A stretch of 64,000 nt of DNA from NCBI RefSeq assembly GCF_009914755.1, contig NC_060926.1. One strand, written 5' to 3'. Below, piece after piece: positions 28,921 through 41,452 of this stretch. Under the pieces are notes generated by a model. It was not told where the DNA came from, did not search any database, and worked only from the letters and a program-made list of their open reading frames with translations. Source of the DNA: the human T2T-CHM13v2.0 reference genome, Homo sapiens. Each line of letters opens with the position of its first letter. Position 1 is the first letter of the stretch. A program made the translations under genes and the position numbers.

Positions 28921-30679
28921 GTGTGTTATCAGACAACAACCTGAAGATATGTCAGGCACTGTGTTCTGAGCCCCCACAGTGGGCTACCTGATATGTTGAA
29001 AGCTCTTTGTTACTTTCAGTAAGAGGGGTGCCCATTGGGAGCGTATAGTTGAAGTGAATTGACAGAGATTTATTTCAGAAAGTCACTTTCAGGGTCAGCA
29101 CAATGAGCCAAAGCTTCTGTTGTTCTGCAAAAGCACCAAAAACTGTTCACAGCAATGGCCTTCAGGCATGGAAGAGACCAGTCTCCAAGAAGGAGACAGA
29201 CATCGTTATGTTCTGCTGATCCAAAGATAAAGGGACTAATTTAGGTGAAAATAATCAAATATCCAGAATTATACACACTAAAAATTCTGGTGTATTAAGT
29301 CTCTGGCATATATAAATTATATTTTCACAGTGGTTATATTATCTCAGGTCTAAAAGTACTGCCTTGTTACACTTTAAATCCTACATAAGAAGAGATAACT
29401 TTCAAAATTCTGGGATCATATTTAGTATGTTAAAATAAATTGCAATAATTCAGGAAAACATTTATTATCAATTTCAGTGGAAAATCTGACTCCTTAATGA
29501 GCACATTTTTTTCACTAAAGCCCTTTATTCATGTTTATTAGAGAGGTTTCTGTTCTATTAGGATATATAACACATAGATGGGTCACATATCCTAGTTATG
29601 TTTTCATAGATTGTGTGTCCAGTTGGGTCTAGAAGATTTATTTTCTTGAAATTGAGGGTTGGAATGCTTATTTGTTTTCTAAGTTTTTAAAAATAATACC
29701 CTACATTGTAATGATGCAAAGTAGTGCTCATATAACAGACAGGATTATAAGGTAATAGCCTTTCTTATAAAGTAGTAGACACAGAAACAAAACCAAAAAA
29801 TACCTAGGATTTGCATTGCCATTGAACAGATAAACCATTAGATTGGTTTCAAGTGTAAGTTCCTTTTAGTCAAATAAGTTACTACAATAAGCACTTGTCA
29901 GATGTTTGCTACTTGTCATGGTATTGTTATTAAAATAAGTATTTTCCATATACTGGGTGCAGGGAGATGAGGGTGTATTAAGGTTTTATAGGATACACCC
30001 TCTGTTCCCTGAGTCTGTAGTAATTCAGCACCTAGAAGATGAGTGCACATAGGCCATGTCATGAATTGGTGTAAGTGCCCCAAAGAAAGGGGCAAGGAGA
30101 GGTAAAGAGGACTAAAAGAGTGTTATGAAAGAGGTAATGTTTGCTATGGACTTAAAGAGGCAGATTTGATAAGGCGGTAAAAAATGAAGGCAGCAACTCA
30201 GGGGACTGTGTGGCAACAGTGACCACAGATCACCTAGATGACTGAGGTGCCCAGTGTTCCCGTCCCTGCCCTGCAAGAAAGGTCTGGCTAGGTCATGTGG
30301 TAATGTCTGCAGTCCCCTCATCACACAGCAGAGTGCCTTATGCACACTAGCAGCTCAATGCATATGTGCTAGGTGAATAAAAGGAAGAGGACTTATAGTT
30401 ATTTCCATAGCCATTAAGGAGTTGTTTCTTCAACAAGAGAGTGAGATCCCTATGGAAAGCAGTCCTGCCCTGCATTGCATTCATCTTCCCTAGCACAGAG
30501 CTGCATACAAAGGATGCTCACAGTACATCCATGGTTGCCGGCTGGTATATCTCAGTGTATCACATCAAATTCACCTAAATCATGAAATTAAAATGTTGGT
30601 ATTTCTTGCATTGAAGTGTGACTAAGAGGAATACCACGTCATTATGATGGCAGTATAAACTAATTGCTAACAATAGCCT

Positions 30680-30795
30680 TCATGACTTAGATTCCTTATC
30701 TATAAAATGGGAATAATGATAGTACCTACCTCGTAGTTGTGAGAATTAAATGGATTAATGACAGTGAAGTGCTGCAAACAGTGCATGGCGCATAG
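30680..30795 (+). mobile_element. MIR
   Basis: ttccttatctataaaatgggaataatgatagtacctacctcgtagttgtgagaattaaatg. Confidence 0.8.
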
Positions 30796-30861
30796 CGTTA
30801 TGATTTTTGTTTTGTTAAAAGAGAAGATATTGATGTGAGAGAGCTAAGCTCTGACAATTAG

Positions 30862-31294
<433 letters not shown>

Positions 31295-31753
31295 TCAGCC
31301 TGATAATCCCTATCATATTGTTTATAAATATGAGCCATAGAAGTTGGAGATGTTTATCTGAACAAGAAAGATATTATATAAACTTTCAAATGCTGATGCA
31401 TTTGAAAGAAACAGTATACACAATTTAATTATCTTTGCTTTGCATTTCAAGTCTCAATAGGATAATCACTTATATTTCATATTGTAAGCAGCAAGTATGT
31501 TATGACCCCCAAGGCCTTGTTTAGATTTGATGAAGGAATAACGTGCGTGGGATTATTGCCTCTATAATTGTGTAAATGTCTTTCATATTTGAAAATACTT
31601 CAAATGAAACAGGAATGTTCTAGACTGATTGTTTTATGCAGAAAATGTTAACTTTGTACATATGTTATGTGGAAGACCATTTTAACTTTCAGAACTGGTA
31701 TTCAGATTTGTTCAGATTTCAAGAAAACGGGGTTCATTTTAAAAATGAGGAGA

Positions 31754-32057
31754 TGCCTGGCGAAGTGGCTCATCCCTATAATCCCAGTACTTTGGGAGGC
31801 AAAGGCAGGAGGATCACTTGAGCCCAGGGGTTTGACATCAGCCTGGGCAACATAGCTAGACCTTGCCTCTACAAAGTAAGTAAGTAAATAAATAAATTAG
31901 GCCAACATTGTGGTACCTGCCTATAGTCCCAGCTATTTGGGAAGCTGAAATAGAAGGATCACTTGGGCCCAGTAGTTCGAGGCTGTAGGGACCCATGATC
32001 ACACCACTGCCCTCCAGCCTGGGTGAAAGAGTGAAAGCCTGTCTTAAGAAAAAAAAA
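31754..32057 (+). mobile_element. AluJ (Jo/Jr-like)
   Basis: ggaggatcacttgagcccagg, agcctgggcaacatag, diverged dimer with A tail. Confidence 0.92.
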
Positions 32058-33650
32058 CATGGAGACTAATTAGCTTCTAAAATACTTGATAATGCTATTT
32101 TGAAGTCAGAATGCTAACTTTTCAATTCTTTTCCATATTTTAGTTATTTGAATACCATCAGCCAGATATCTTTAATATATTAACTGTAATTGTTGGAGGA
32201 TTGATTTTTTTCTGAACGTTTATAGAAATCTTTCCAGAGAGTAGATTCCTCTTTAAGCAATATAGTTATGTGACTGAAAATGTACATGGAAAAGAAAATG
32301 TATGCTGCATAGTTACTGGAGTAAAGAAAAATTTAATCTTAGCTAAAATATAAGTTGGCATTACATGTAAGCATTAGCATTATTACTTAAGATCAATACA
32401 GATTTTGTGAAAAAAAAAAACCATAAACTAATCCTTGTATTAAGAAAAATGTAGTGACATTAAGAGAAAGCATCCTATGTGAGAGAAAAATTGTATTCAT
32501 TACGAACAAAAAACCACACCTGCAAATATTTGTCCCTTTCTGTAAATTTCATATTGAATCTCAGGAGAATTCAATAGTGTGGTAAATGTAATTTGTAGTT
32601 CTTTACAATTATGGCCTAAATAGATGAAGTCTAAAGGGAGTTTTCCTATTTGATTTTCAAATTTGCATCACTTAAAATCCAATCAGGCCAACTGTTCAGA
32701 TTTTTGTTAGATATGAAATACATGAATGGGTTCAGAGGCTTCGCTGTGTATTGAAAGAACATATCTGACTTTACGGCAGGCCTTACCTAAGGGGTTCAGT
32801 CAGCTTGTGGTTCAACCCCATTCCTGTAAAGAATGTTTACTGACTGCTTGATTTGCTAACATATTATACCCTTCGATTTTCAGCAACCAGTGTTTTATAG
32901 GCCAGCAGATTGCCTTTGATTTTTGAGAATTTGTGGTAACATATTGAGCTTACCAGATTTATGCAGGAATGTAAAATAAAAATAGTGTAGCAGGCACTCG
33001 GGATTTTTGAACACAGAGGGGATTAGCTTTACAGATGGCTGGCACATATAATGGCATTGAGTAATTTAGCCATGTAAGGTAATCTGTTGTTGACAGAATA
33101 CATTAACATTTACCCACCATACACAGGTGTTTGGGTTGCACTGCGCTTCTGACTCAGAACAAGCAGCATCATTTGTAGAGTCAGTCTAAAAGTTTGAAAT
33201 CTCTAAAACATGCTTGGGTTTAAGGACTTATTTTAGGGAGATATTCTAAGAGTTTGCCAAAATATACTATATAATTTATTCAGCCCCTCTGTCCTTAAAA
33301 TCATTATCCTCTGTTGGCTACTTCGTAAAATCCAAATCATCAGAGAATTTTTAAAGGATTCTGATTTAATTAATGGAAATATTCTAGCAAAAGAGCAGAA
33401 AACTACATATCTAACTATAATTTCACAAACAATGTAAAGTCTATTATCCATTCTCCTGCAATAATAGTTCTTAATTTAGCCATATATTAGAATAATCTGT
33501 GGGACTTACTAAAAAAGTACAGATATCAAAACATATACACAGCCACCCCGCCCAAAGATAAAGTGCTTCAGGTGATTCTAATGTACAGCCAGGGTTAGTA
33601 ATCTTTTCCCAATAATTAAATTTACCCCTGCATTTAAAATATGTACACAT

Positions 33651-33981
<331 letters not shown>

Positions 33982-34694
33982 GTACCCATAAAAGCATCTT
34001 TGTTTCTAGGTTTCTCCATTCAAACTATCCTACCCACAACTATCAACTTTCCAAAAGCACTCCTTGAATCGTCTTTCATTTCCCCAGGAACCTCTGATGA
34101 TCCTGATGCCAATGCTGTCAACTCTAAACTCGGCTTCCTACAGTCCTACAGCTTCTGGATCATTTTCTTTTGACAATTGCATGTGCATTTCTGGGCACTT
34201 CCCCAGTTAAGTCTGTACCATGGCTGCTCATTTCATAGGCCATGCTGTTGCAGTCTCTAGGTCTTTGCTCACAGCTGTGCCTTCTCCCTGGAATGCATTC
34301 TTTGCTCTTGCTGCCTGCCACCTCCATCCAAATCCAAGTTCTCTCCCTAGGTCTCTAAATCACATTCTTAGGATCCCCACCCAACCCTAGTAAAAGTAAA
34401 TTTGTATTGTATTTGTGGTCTCTCCAGGCCACCTAACTTAGCACTCCCACTGCTTATTTTTTATAGTCTTCACTGATTGCTTCAGGCATGTCATGTCTTA
34501 TATTTGTCCTGTTACCTACTACCCACTAGCCTGACCTTCTACCAAGCCACCCCACACCGTGCCAGTCCAAACCCAAATAAACAGGCAAAGCAAAGCAACA
34601 ACAACAACAACCGAAACTTTGCACAGGGATGGACAGACACTAGATGCTCAATTAATAACTGCTGAAATAATTGTGCTCAAAAAGGGAGGTAAAG

Positions 34695-34810
34695 ATTAAT
34701 GGTGATGCTTGTAGAAGTCTGTGACTATTTAAAAACCACTGAATTGAACACTTTCAAGGGGTGAATTTCATGTCATATAAATTACATCTCAATAGAGTTG
34801 TTATAAAAAA
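34695..34810 (+). mobile_element. L1M 3' terminal fragment
   Basis: aaaaccactgaattgaacactttcaaggggtgaatttcatg..ataaattacatctcaata. Confidence 0.75.
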
Positions 34811-34976
34811 TGAGGTAAAAAATTTTATGAAAGACATTTTGAAAATGTGAATTTTACTTTTCTAGCAAAAGAAAAGATATAAAACAATAATACAAGAACG
34901 AAATTGAATCCTAGTCTGGGAATATTCTGAGGACTGGCAGTTTTTGTGGTGTTTCTTGTTATGTGAAACTTGAGAA

Positions 34977-35154
34977 CAGGGCTGGCAAACTATGGCCTGG
35001 CGCATGTTTTTGTAAATAAAGTTTCATTATGTTGTCTGTGGCTGCTTTCACACTACAAGGGCAGAGTTGAGTAGTGGTGATGGAGACCATCTGCCCTGAA
35101 AAGATGAAAGTATTTACTGTCTGGTTCTATGGAGAAACAGTCTGCCTATCCCTA
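34977..35154 (+). mobile_element. MER58A (hAT-Charlie)
   Basis: cagggctggcaaactatggcc...tttttgtaaataaagttt...ggcagagttgagtagt...tatttactgtctgg. Confidence 0.85.
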
Positions 35155-36215
35155 CTTTAGAATGTATGCGTGAAGCTATGTTAACTTGTATTATTTATAC
35201 AGCATACTCATGAGAAGCTAAAATTCTTAACAAAGTCTTTCTGATGCTGACAAGGTTTTTGTGATGTCTCAGGATGTAGCCCTGTGAAACTAACATCCTA
35301 TGAATGAAGATAATCCCTTTCTTCAGAGTTTTTGTTAATTCAAGCACAGCGATTGACATCGAGGCATGTGGGTCCTTCTGCTGACGTTCAATTCTCACTT
35401 CCATCCCCTCTGTCCTTCAGAGCCCTTCTCCAACACCACTCTTCCTAGTGAGTTGACCCTCACTCTCTTCTGGAAGGTAGATTCCCACTTTTTAACCCTT
35501 CTTACGTTTGGCACCTCTCCCTGAAGCATTTCTTTCACTGTACCTTGGTTGGAAATTATTTGCATAATTTTCACTCCAAAAACCTGAAATAAATACCGGT
35601 CTTTGCACAGTTCCAGACGAGGGAGGCACAGAGATGAATGTGATATGGTATGTACGCCTGAGTTCACACTCCTGTCCTCATGAAGGCAGCCAGCTTTCTT
35701 GGACTCCCCCACTTTCCCTCTCCTTTCTGCATTACCTGTAGCCAATTTGTATGACTGTTTGCTTTCTTCTGCATCAACAAGGAAGAACCACACAGGTAGA
35801 TTGTCAAAATTTCACCCTCGCTCCAGCACTTTTCTAAGTCCACTGGTGAAGTACGACTGACACACAGACAGGCGATTATTGGGTAGGAGTATGGGTCCTG
35901 CCATCTTGTGCCTGCTTCTGGATCATGGCTCCTCCAACAACTTTTGTGTGAACTTAACCTCACGTTCTTTATCTGTAAAATGGAAACCCAGTTCTTTGGG
36001 TTATCATGTGGATTGAAGGGAATGATATTTGGTAACATTGCTGGATATGTATGAAACTGTCAGAACATGTTACCCATTATTATTTCATTTTTCATTTCTA
36101 GCTCAGTGCTTATTCACTAATTTTTAGGTCAGGTAGTTAGAATGAGGGCCAGTATCATAGGTTATGGTTCTCCACTTAGTTTACACTTCCAGAATATTAT
36201 GAAGTAATAGAATAT

Positions 36216-36577
36216 TGTATCAGTTCATTTTCACACTGCTATCTAGACACTACCTGAAAAGGGCTAATTTATAAAGGAAAGAGGTTTAGTTGACTCACAG
36301 TTCTGCATGGCTGAAGAGGCCTCAGGAAACTTACAATCATGGTGGAAGGCCAAGGGGAAGCAAGGCACCTCCTTCACAGGCAGCAGGAGAGAAGTGAGTG
36401 AGGACACAGGAAAAACTACCATTTATAAAACCATCAGATCACGTGAGAATTCACTCACTATCATGAGAACAGCATGGGGGAAACCACCCCAAAAATCCAG
36501 TGATTTTGCTACCTCAACACGTGGGGATTACAATTCGAGATGAGAGTTGGGTGGGGACACAGAGACAAACCATATCA
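36216..36577 (-). mobile_element. THE1D/MSTA-type MaLR solo LTR
   Basis: TG...CA termini, gactcacagttctgcatggctg, ggggattacaattcgagatgag; 5-bp TSD aatat/aatac. Confidence 0.9.
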
Positions 36578-37839
36578 AATACATAGCAATTTATAATTGG
36601 TCCATAAAAGGGGTATGACTTACTTCATTGTCATGATTAAAAAATAAATTCAGCTCTTCTACTCTGGACTGAAGATCTCAAATCCAGTCTTCTCTTGTTT
36701 CACTCCTTGTCTCTTTCTCTTTCATTTCTCTGTGTTACAGATGTTGCTGTCATATAAATGTCTTCCTATTTGTAAAGCCATTGACCTCACCTGATTGTTA
36801 CGTATAATTTTTGGCTGCACAAATTACCTAAACCCTTCCAAGAGCATAATTAGACTCAGCAAACTGTTTATCTTTGTGTGTTTTTCACTGTAAGGTTCAA
36901 GCAGCAATACAAATGGAACAAAAAGAATCTGTGAGTCAACTACACTGTGCACACTGGTCCCATGAATTCTAAGTCATATGAGTCTAAGACTAAAATCTGT
37001 GGTGATCATGCAGAGATGCAAAGTATATGCCAGGTTTTCAAGGATCTTATTTTGATTAGACCTGTGGGTTTTTTTCTTTTCAATATCGTTGTTATTCAGA
37101 GAACATAAATGAGTTATGAGGTAGACAAAGGCATGAATACTTGTGATATATTTTACCTAAAATCTGCTGTTTCAGAGTTGGTTGGGAGCAGTACATACCA
37201 ACTTCAGAAGAAATACCCTTCTCTTTGAACAAAATGAAAATTAAAATGATGCCCTTTTGTTCCTAGGAATGCTGCCTCAAACTTAACATTAGTTGTAATT
37301 TCTTGGACATCATTTCAAACCAAACCAGAGGTTACCCTCAGTCTGACTGCACCAGTTTAAAGCACATATTTTCATATTTGACATGTTTTATTATGGCAGA
37401 ATCTGAAAGTATGGAGCAGTATGACGTATTAAATATCTGCAGCACCATATGTTTAGATCTCTTCATCTTGATAAATGTCCCACTCCCCAATTCTGCTACC
37501 TCCCTTTTATTGTGATTCAAGATCTCTCTTCCCTTCATGTGGTTTAATAGATTAAATTTTAGAAGCCAGAAAAAAATTAAAACAATGAAGGGGAGTTTCG
37601 TGTTATGCTTTTGTAGTGCTCTGAGAGGGATCTAAAAAGAAAGGGGGAGGATGACTTTATTTCTTTAAGTCTGATGTGCTTCATGATACCTGTGTCCTCA
37701 TTCCACAGGTCAGAGTGTAGAGAAGACCACGGTAACAGGGGCAGTTGAAATGCAGCTATCTGACCCTCACCTGCTTGGTCAGGATTTCAGTTGTTTGCAG
37801 TTTGTCTGCAAACAGTTCTGGAGTTCCCCAGGTGACATC

Positions 37840-38081
37840 AGAGAGTCTCGCTCTGTCACTCAGGCTGCAATGCAATGGTGCAACCACAGCCTTGACCTTC
37901 CAGGCTTAAGTGAACCACAGGCACATGCTACCATGCCCAGCTAATTTTTTTTTGATTTTTTGTAGAGACAGAAGTCTGCCTATATTTCCCAGGCTTGTTT
38001 GGAACTCCTGGGCTTAAGCGATCCTTCTGCCTTGGCCTCCCAAAGTGCTGGGATTACAGGTGTGAGCCACCACACTCGGCC
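37840..38081 (-). mobile_element. AluJ, tail-less with two internal deletions
   Basis: No poly-T; right arm lacks ~11 and ~30 nt; flanks cccaggtgac/cccaggggac. Confidence 0.88.
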
Positions 38082-39502
38082 CCCAGGGGACCTATGGGTT
38101 CACACACAAGGCTGCTCCCATGGACATCACCTGGCCTCTGCTAGGAGCCGATGAGTATACACCTGCCAGTCACTGGTGAAAGTGGAGGTCTGAGGACAAT
38201 GCTTACATACCAGGTTTCTGATAAGAAGTAAAAGAGGCCACCTCTGTCCTCCTCAGTTCACCAGAATAACAGGATGTGTGCAATTCCTGTTTATGCTTAA
38301 ACTGCTGCATAGATTTAGGCTAATGACTGAATACAAAAACCAGGCATAGTAGTTTCAACCCAAGAAGCTGTGGAGCCTCAGGCTATAATAAGTAGCCAGA
38401 GAGAGGTTGAATGGGAACCTCCCTGTTGCCTCCACTCCTGACTCATCCAAAGCAACTCAACTTTTATGTGTTTTACACACTGAGACTCCAGAAAATTTTG
38501 CTTAAAATTTTACTCTGCCCTAATCAGTCAATTTCTGCTTGTGTTTTATGATTTGCATTTTAGTCTTATACAAAATACTTTCCTTTTAACAGAATACTTA
38601 TGAATTTTGCGATTATAAACATGATCTTATAATACCTTAGGACAATATTTACGTTTAAAGAAAACACACCAACAGTATATTGAAAGCTGATGGGAAAATG
38701 AACTCTGAGAAGGAAAAGTGCTTTCATACAACTTTTAAGAACCATTCCTTTATCAATATAAAGTATTCCCTTATTTGAAGGTTTGGGCAAAAAAGGCAGG
38801 AGAGTTTTATTTCATAATTATTGTCAATTTCTAGGGGTTGAATAATGAACACAAAATTCATTAGCATTAAGCTTTAGCGATGAGAGAGAATTTATCGAAC
38901 CCATTTTTCTGAACTATCAAAGGTATCTTGAAAGTCTCAAGTCATCCAGTTTCAATGCATACCTCAGAATATTCCCCTGGCCACCTTAGTGGATGGAAGG
39001 GCAGGCAAATAAAGATAGCTATTCCAAAGACAGAAAGAGTAATACAATGTCTTATCCAGAGAGTTTACAGAATCTTGAGTAGTTTTCATTTACTATGAAT
39101 ACGTGTGGGTTTTTTTTTTTTTTTTTTTTTCAGTGTATGAAGCTATTTAAGGCAGTTAGGTTTGAAAGGAAATGAAAAAATAAAGTGGATCTAGTGCAGA
39201 ATGATGAGTGAGGAAACGGAGAATCAGAGAATTCCATGGAGAAAAGTAACAAAATCTCATCCAAACACTGATTACTAATGTGAATTCCTTTTCAACATCC
39301 CCAGATCCTCTTCTGTAACTTCAGTGATAGAGAAGCCCCTGAGAGATAGGCAGTGCACTGTCATGGGAAATGCTTAGCATCTCATGCTTTAAAGGCTCAC
39401 ATTTGAGTTCTGGCCCTACAAGACTCCTTCTAGAGTGAGACCCTGAGAAAATTTTCAGCTTCTCCAAATCCCGATGTCTTCATTTGTAAAATAAACATAT
39501 AG

Positions 39503-39985
39503 TGCTGTGCTGGTCATTATGCATCTTGTCCCTCATTCTTTACCCTTATCTCTGTCCTTCTCTTTGCCCTAGGAGGCTTGACCTCTACAGAAAGCATCTT
39601 CCATGTCTCTTTGCTTACCAGCATCCTGTTGGGTTGTGTCCATGGAAGGCACCAGCAGGAGATGGAGGAGGGCGCAAGGAGAGAGAACACAGTACTTCTT
39701 TACTGGTCTCTGACTGCTCTGGGCTGTGTATTCTGGCTGTATCCTTCCCTGTCTACAGCTGCTTTGGTTTTATGTCAACAGGGTCTTTCCTGGCTCCTGT
39801 AAAGTTAGTTCTTTCCCATACCTCTTCAGGGCCAGGAGTAATAAAGTCTTCTCCTTCCTTCCTGCTGTTGCAATCTCTGAGAATCTCTATGTCTCTTGTT
39901 CTCTTTGCTCTGACCTCTGTGTCAACCATTCAAAGTGTCTTGAACCACCTGCACTGGATTCTCATTCCTGTCAGGACCCTGTCTC
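39503..39985 (-). mobile_element. LTR33-like ERVL LTR
   Basis: gccctaggaggcttgacctctac...ccatggaaggcaccagcaggagat...tcctgtcaggaccctgt. Confidence 0.65.
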
Positions 39986-40492
39986 ATCCCAGTAACTAGT
40001 CTTTCTCAGATTTGTTGAGAAGTTCTAATGCAGTACTATATGAAGGCTTTTTAAGAATTTTACAGCTGTTACTTTTCAACCTTATTGTACCAAACTAGCC
40101 ATTTCTTTTTCATTGAGCTCTCATACTTATTATCTTAAACTTGCTTGTACATTAATATGATGTCTCCTTTCATATTAGGGATTAAATGTAATCATTGACA
40201 GCTCTTCAGATTCTTAAAGACAGTGGCATTTGCACCCAGGCCTTCTGTTCTTTGAGCTAATCAGTCAAAATTACTTCAAATATTATTCACATGACTTGGT
40301 TTTAAGTTTTTCCTCCATTGTAGTCATTCTGTTGCGCACATCCCAGTTCCAGATCATTTCCTCTGTAATGTTCAGAACTTGACTCAATATCCCAGATATC
40401 ATCTCACCAGACAGGAGTTAACTATTTTTTCCTTTTCGTTTGTCTATCAACCTCTTCTCTGCAGCACTTTTTTCCTTTTTCTTTTTTAACCT

Positions 40493-41013
40493 TGTACATT
40501 AGGCAGAACAGACCCCCCAAAGATGTCCATGCCCTAATATCTATGAATTAGTAACAGAACTTGTGAACCAATGAGTATGTTACAGAAATCTTCCATGGTT
40601 AAAGGGACTTTGCAGATGTAATTTAGTTAAGGATCTGGAGATGGAGAGATTGTCCTGGATTGTTCGAGTGGCCCCTAGGTAATCACAAAGGTCCTTAAAG
40701 GAGGAGGGAGGCAGAAAAGGAGGTCAGAGTGATGCCATATGAGAGCTCAACTTGCTGTTGCTGGGCTTGAAGATGGAGGAAGGGACCATGAGCCAAGAAA
40801 TGTTAGAGGCCTCTAAAACCTGGAAAAGGCAAGGAATTAGATTGTTCCCTAAAGCACCCAGAAAGGAATGCCGGTCTCCTAACACCTTGATTTTAGTCCA
40901 GTGAGACCCATGTCTTATAGACCTGTGAAAATAAGTCTATAAGATAATACATTTGAGTCGTATTAAGCAACTGAACTTGTGGTAATTTTTTTTAGCACAA
41001 GAATAAACAATAC
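40493..41013 (+). mobile_element. MLT1D MaLR solo LTR
   Basis: ccccccaaagatgtccatgccctaat, agggactttgcagatgtaatt, ttgaagatggaggaaggg.ccatgagccaag, aaaggcaaggaa, terminal aataca. Confidence 0.85.
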
Positions 41014-41312
41014 ACTTTGTGTGAAACATTGATCTCATTTTTTTTTTCTTTCCTAAGATTGGCCCTATCATTCCAGGTTGTTGAGAATATCTTTACTCAT
41101 ATTTCTATTATTTATTGGATTAAGTGTCTGTTGAGGATTCATTCATTCCTAAATTTGTTCTGCATGGTAACCATGTTACTTATGTAGGTCTTGGCCACAG
41201 CTGGATCCTGATAAAAGTCCAAAGGTTTGATATTTGGCATTTCTCTCTAAATTCGCAAGGATGTATTAATCAACACCATTTGTAACCGTATCTTACTCGA
41301 CTGTAGCTCCGT

Positions 41313-41452
41313 TTTTTTTCTTTCTTTCTTTTCTGGAGGCAGGGTCTCAGTCTGTACCCAGGCTGTAGTGTGATCACAGCTCACTGCAGCCCTGCATCCT
41401 TAACCTCCTGGGCTCAGGAGATCCTCCCACCTCAGCCTCCTGAGTAACTGGG
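41313..41452 (-). mobile_element. Alu right-arm fragment (FRAM/AluJ)
   Basis: T-tract, agggtctc...cacagctcactgcagcc...cctcccacctcagcctcctgagta. Confidence 0.85.

Noticed and set aside
37709-37731. Other acceptor-like sites (also near 4818, 6559, 36740, 39133, 42975, 47074, 62398)
   Set aside because: No convincing paired donor or frame; such pseudo-acceptors are common in T-rich introns.
39502-39999. Longest ORF in the window (165 aa)
   Set aside because: Coincides with an LTR33-like LTR, has a GTG start and no recognisable domain.
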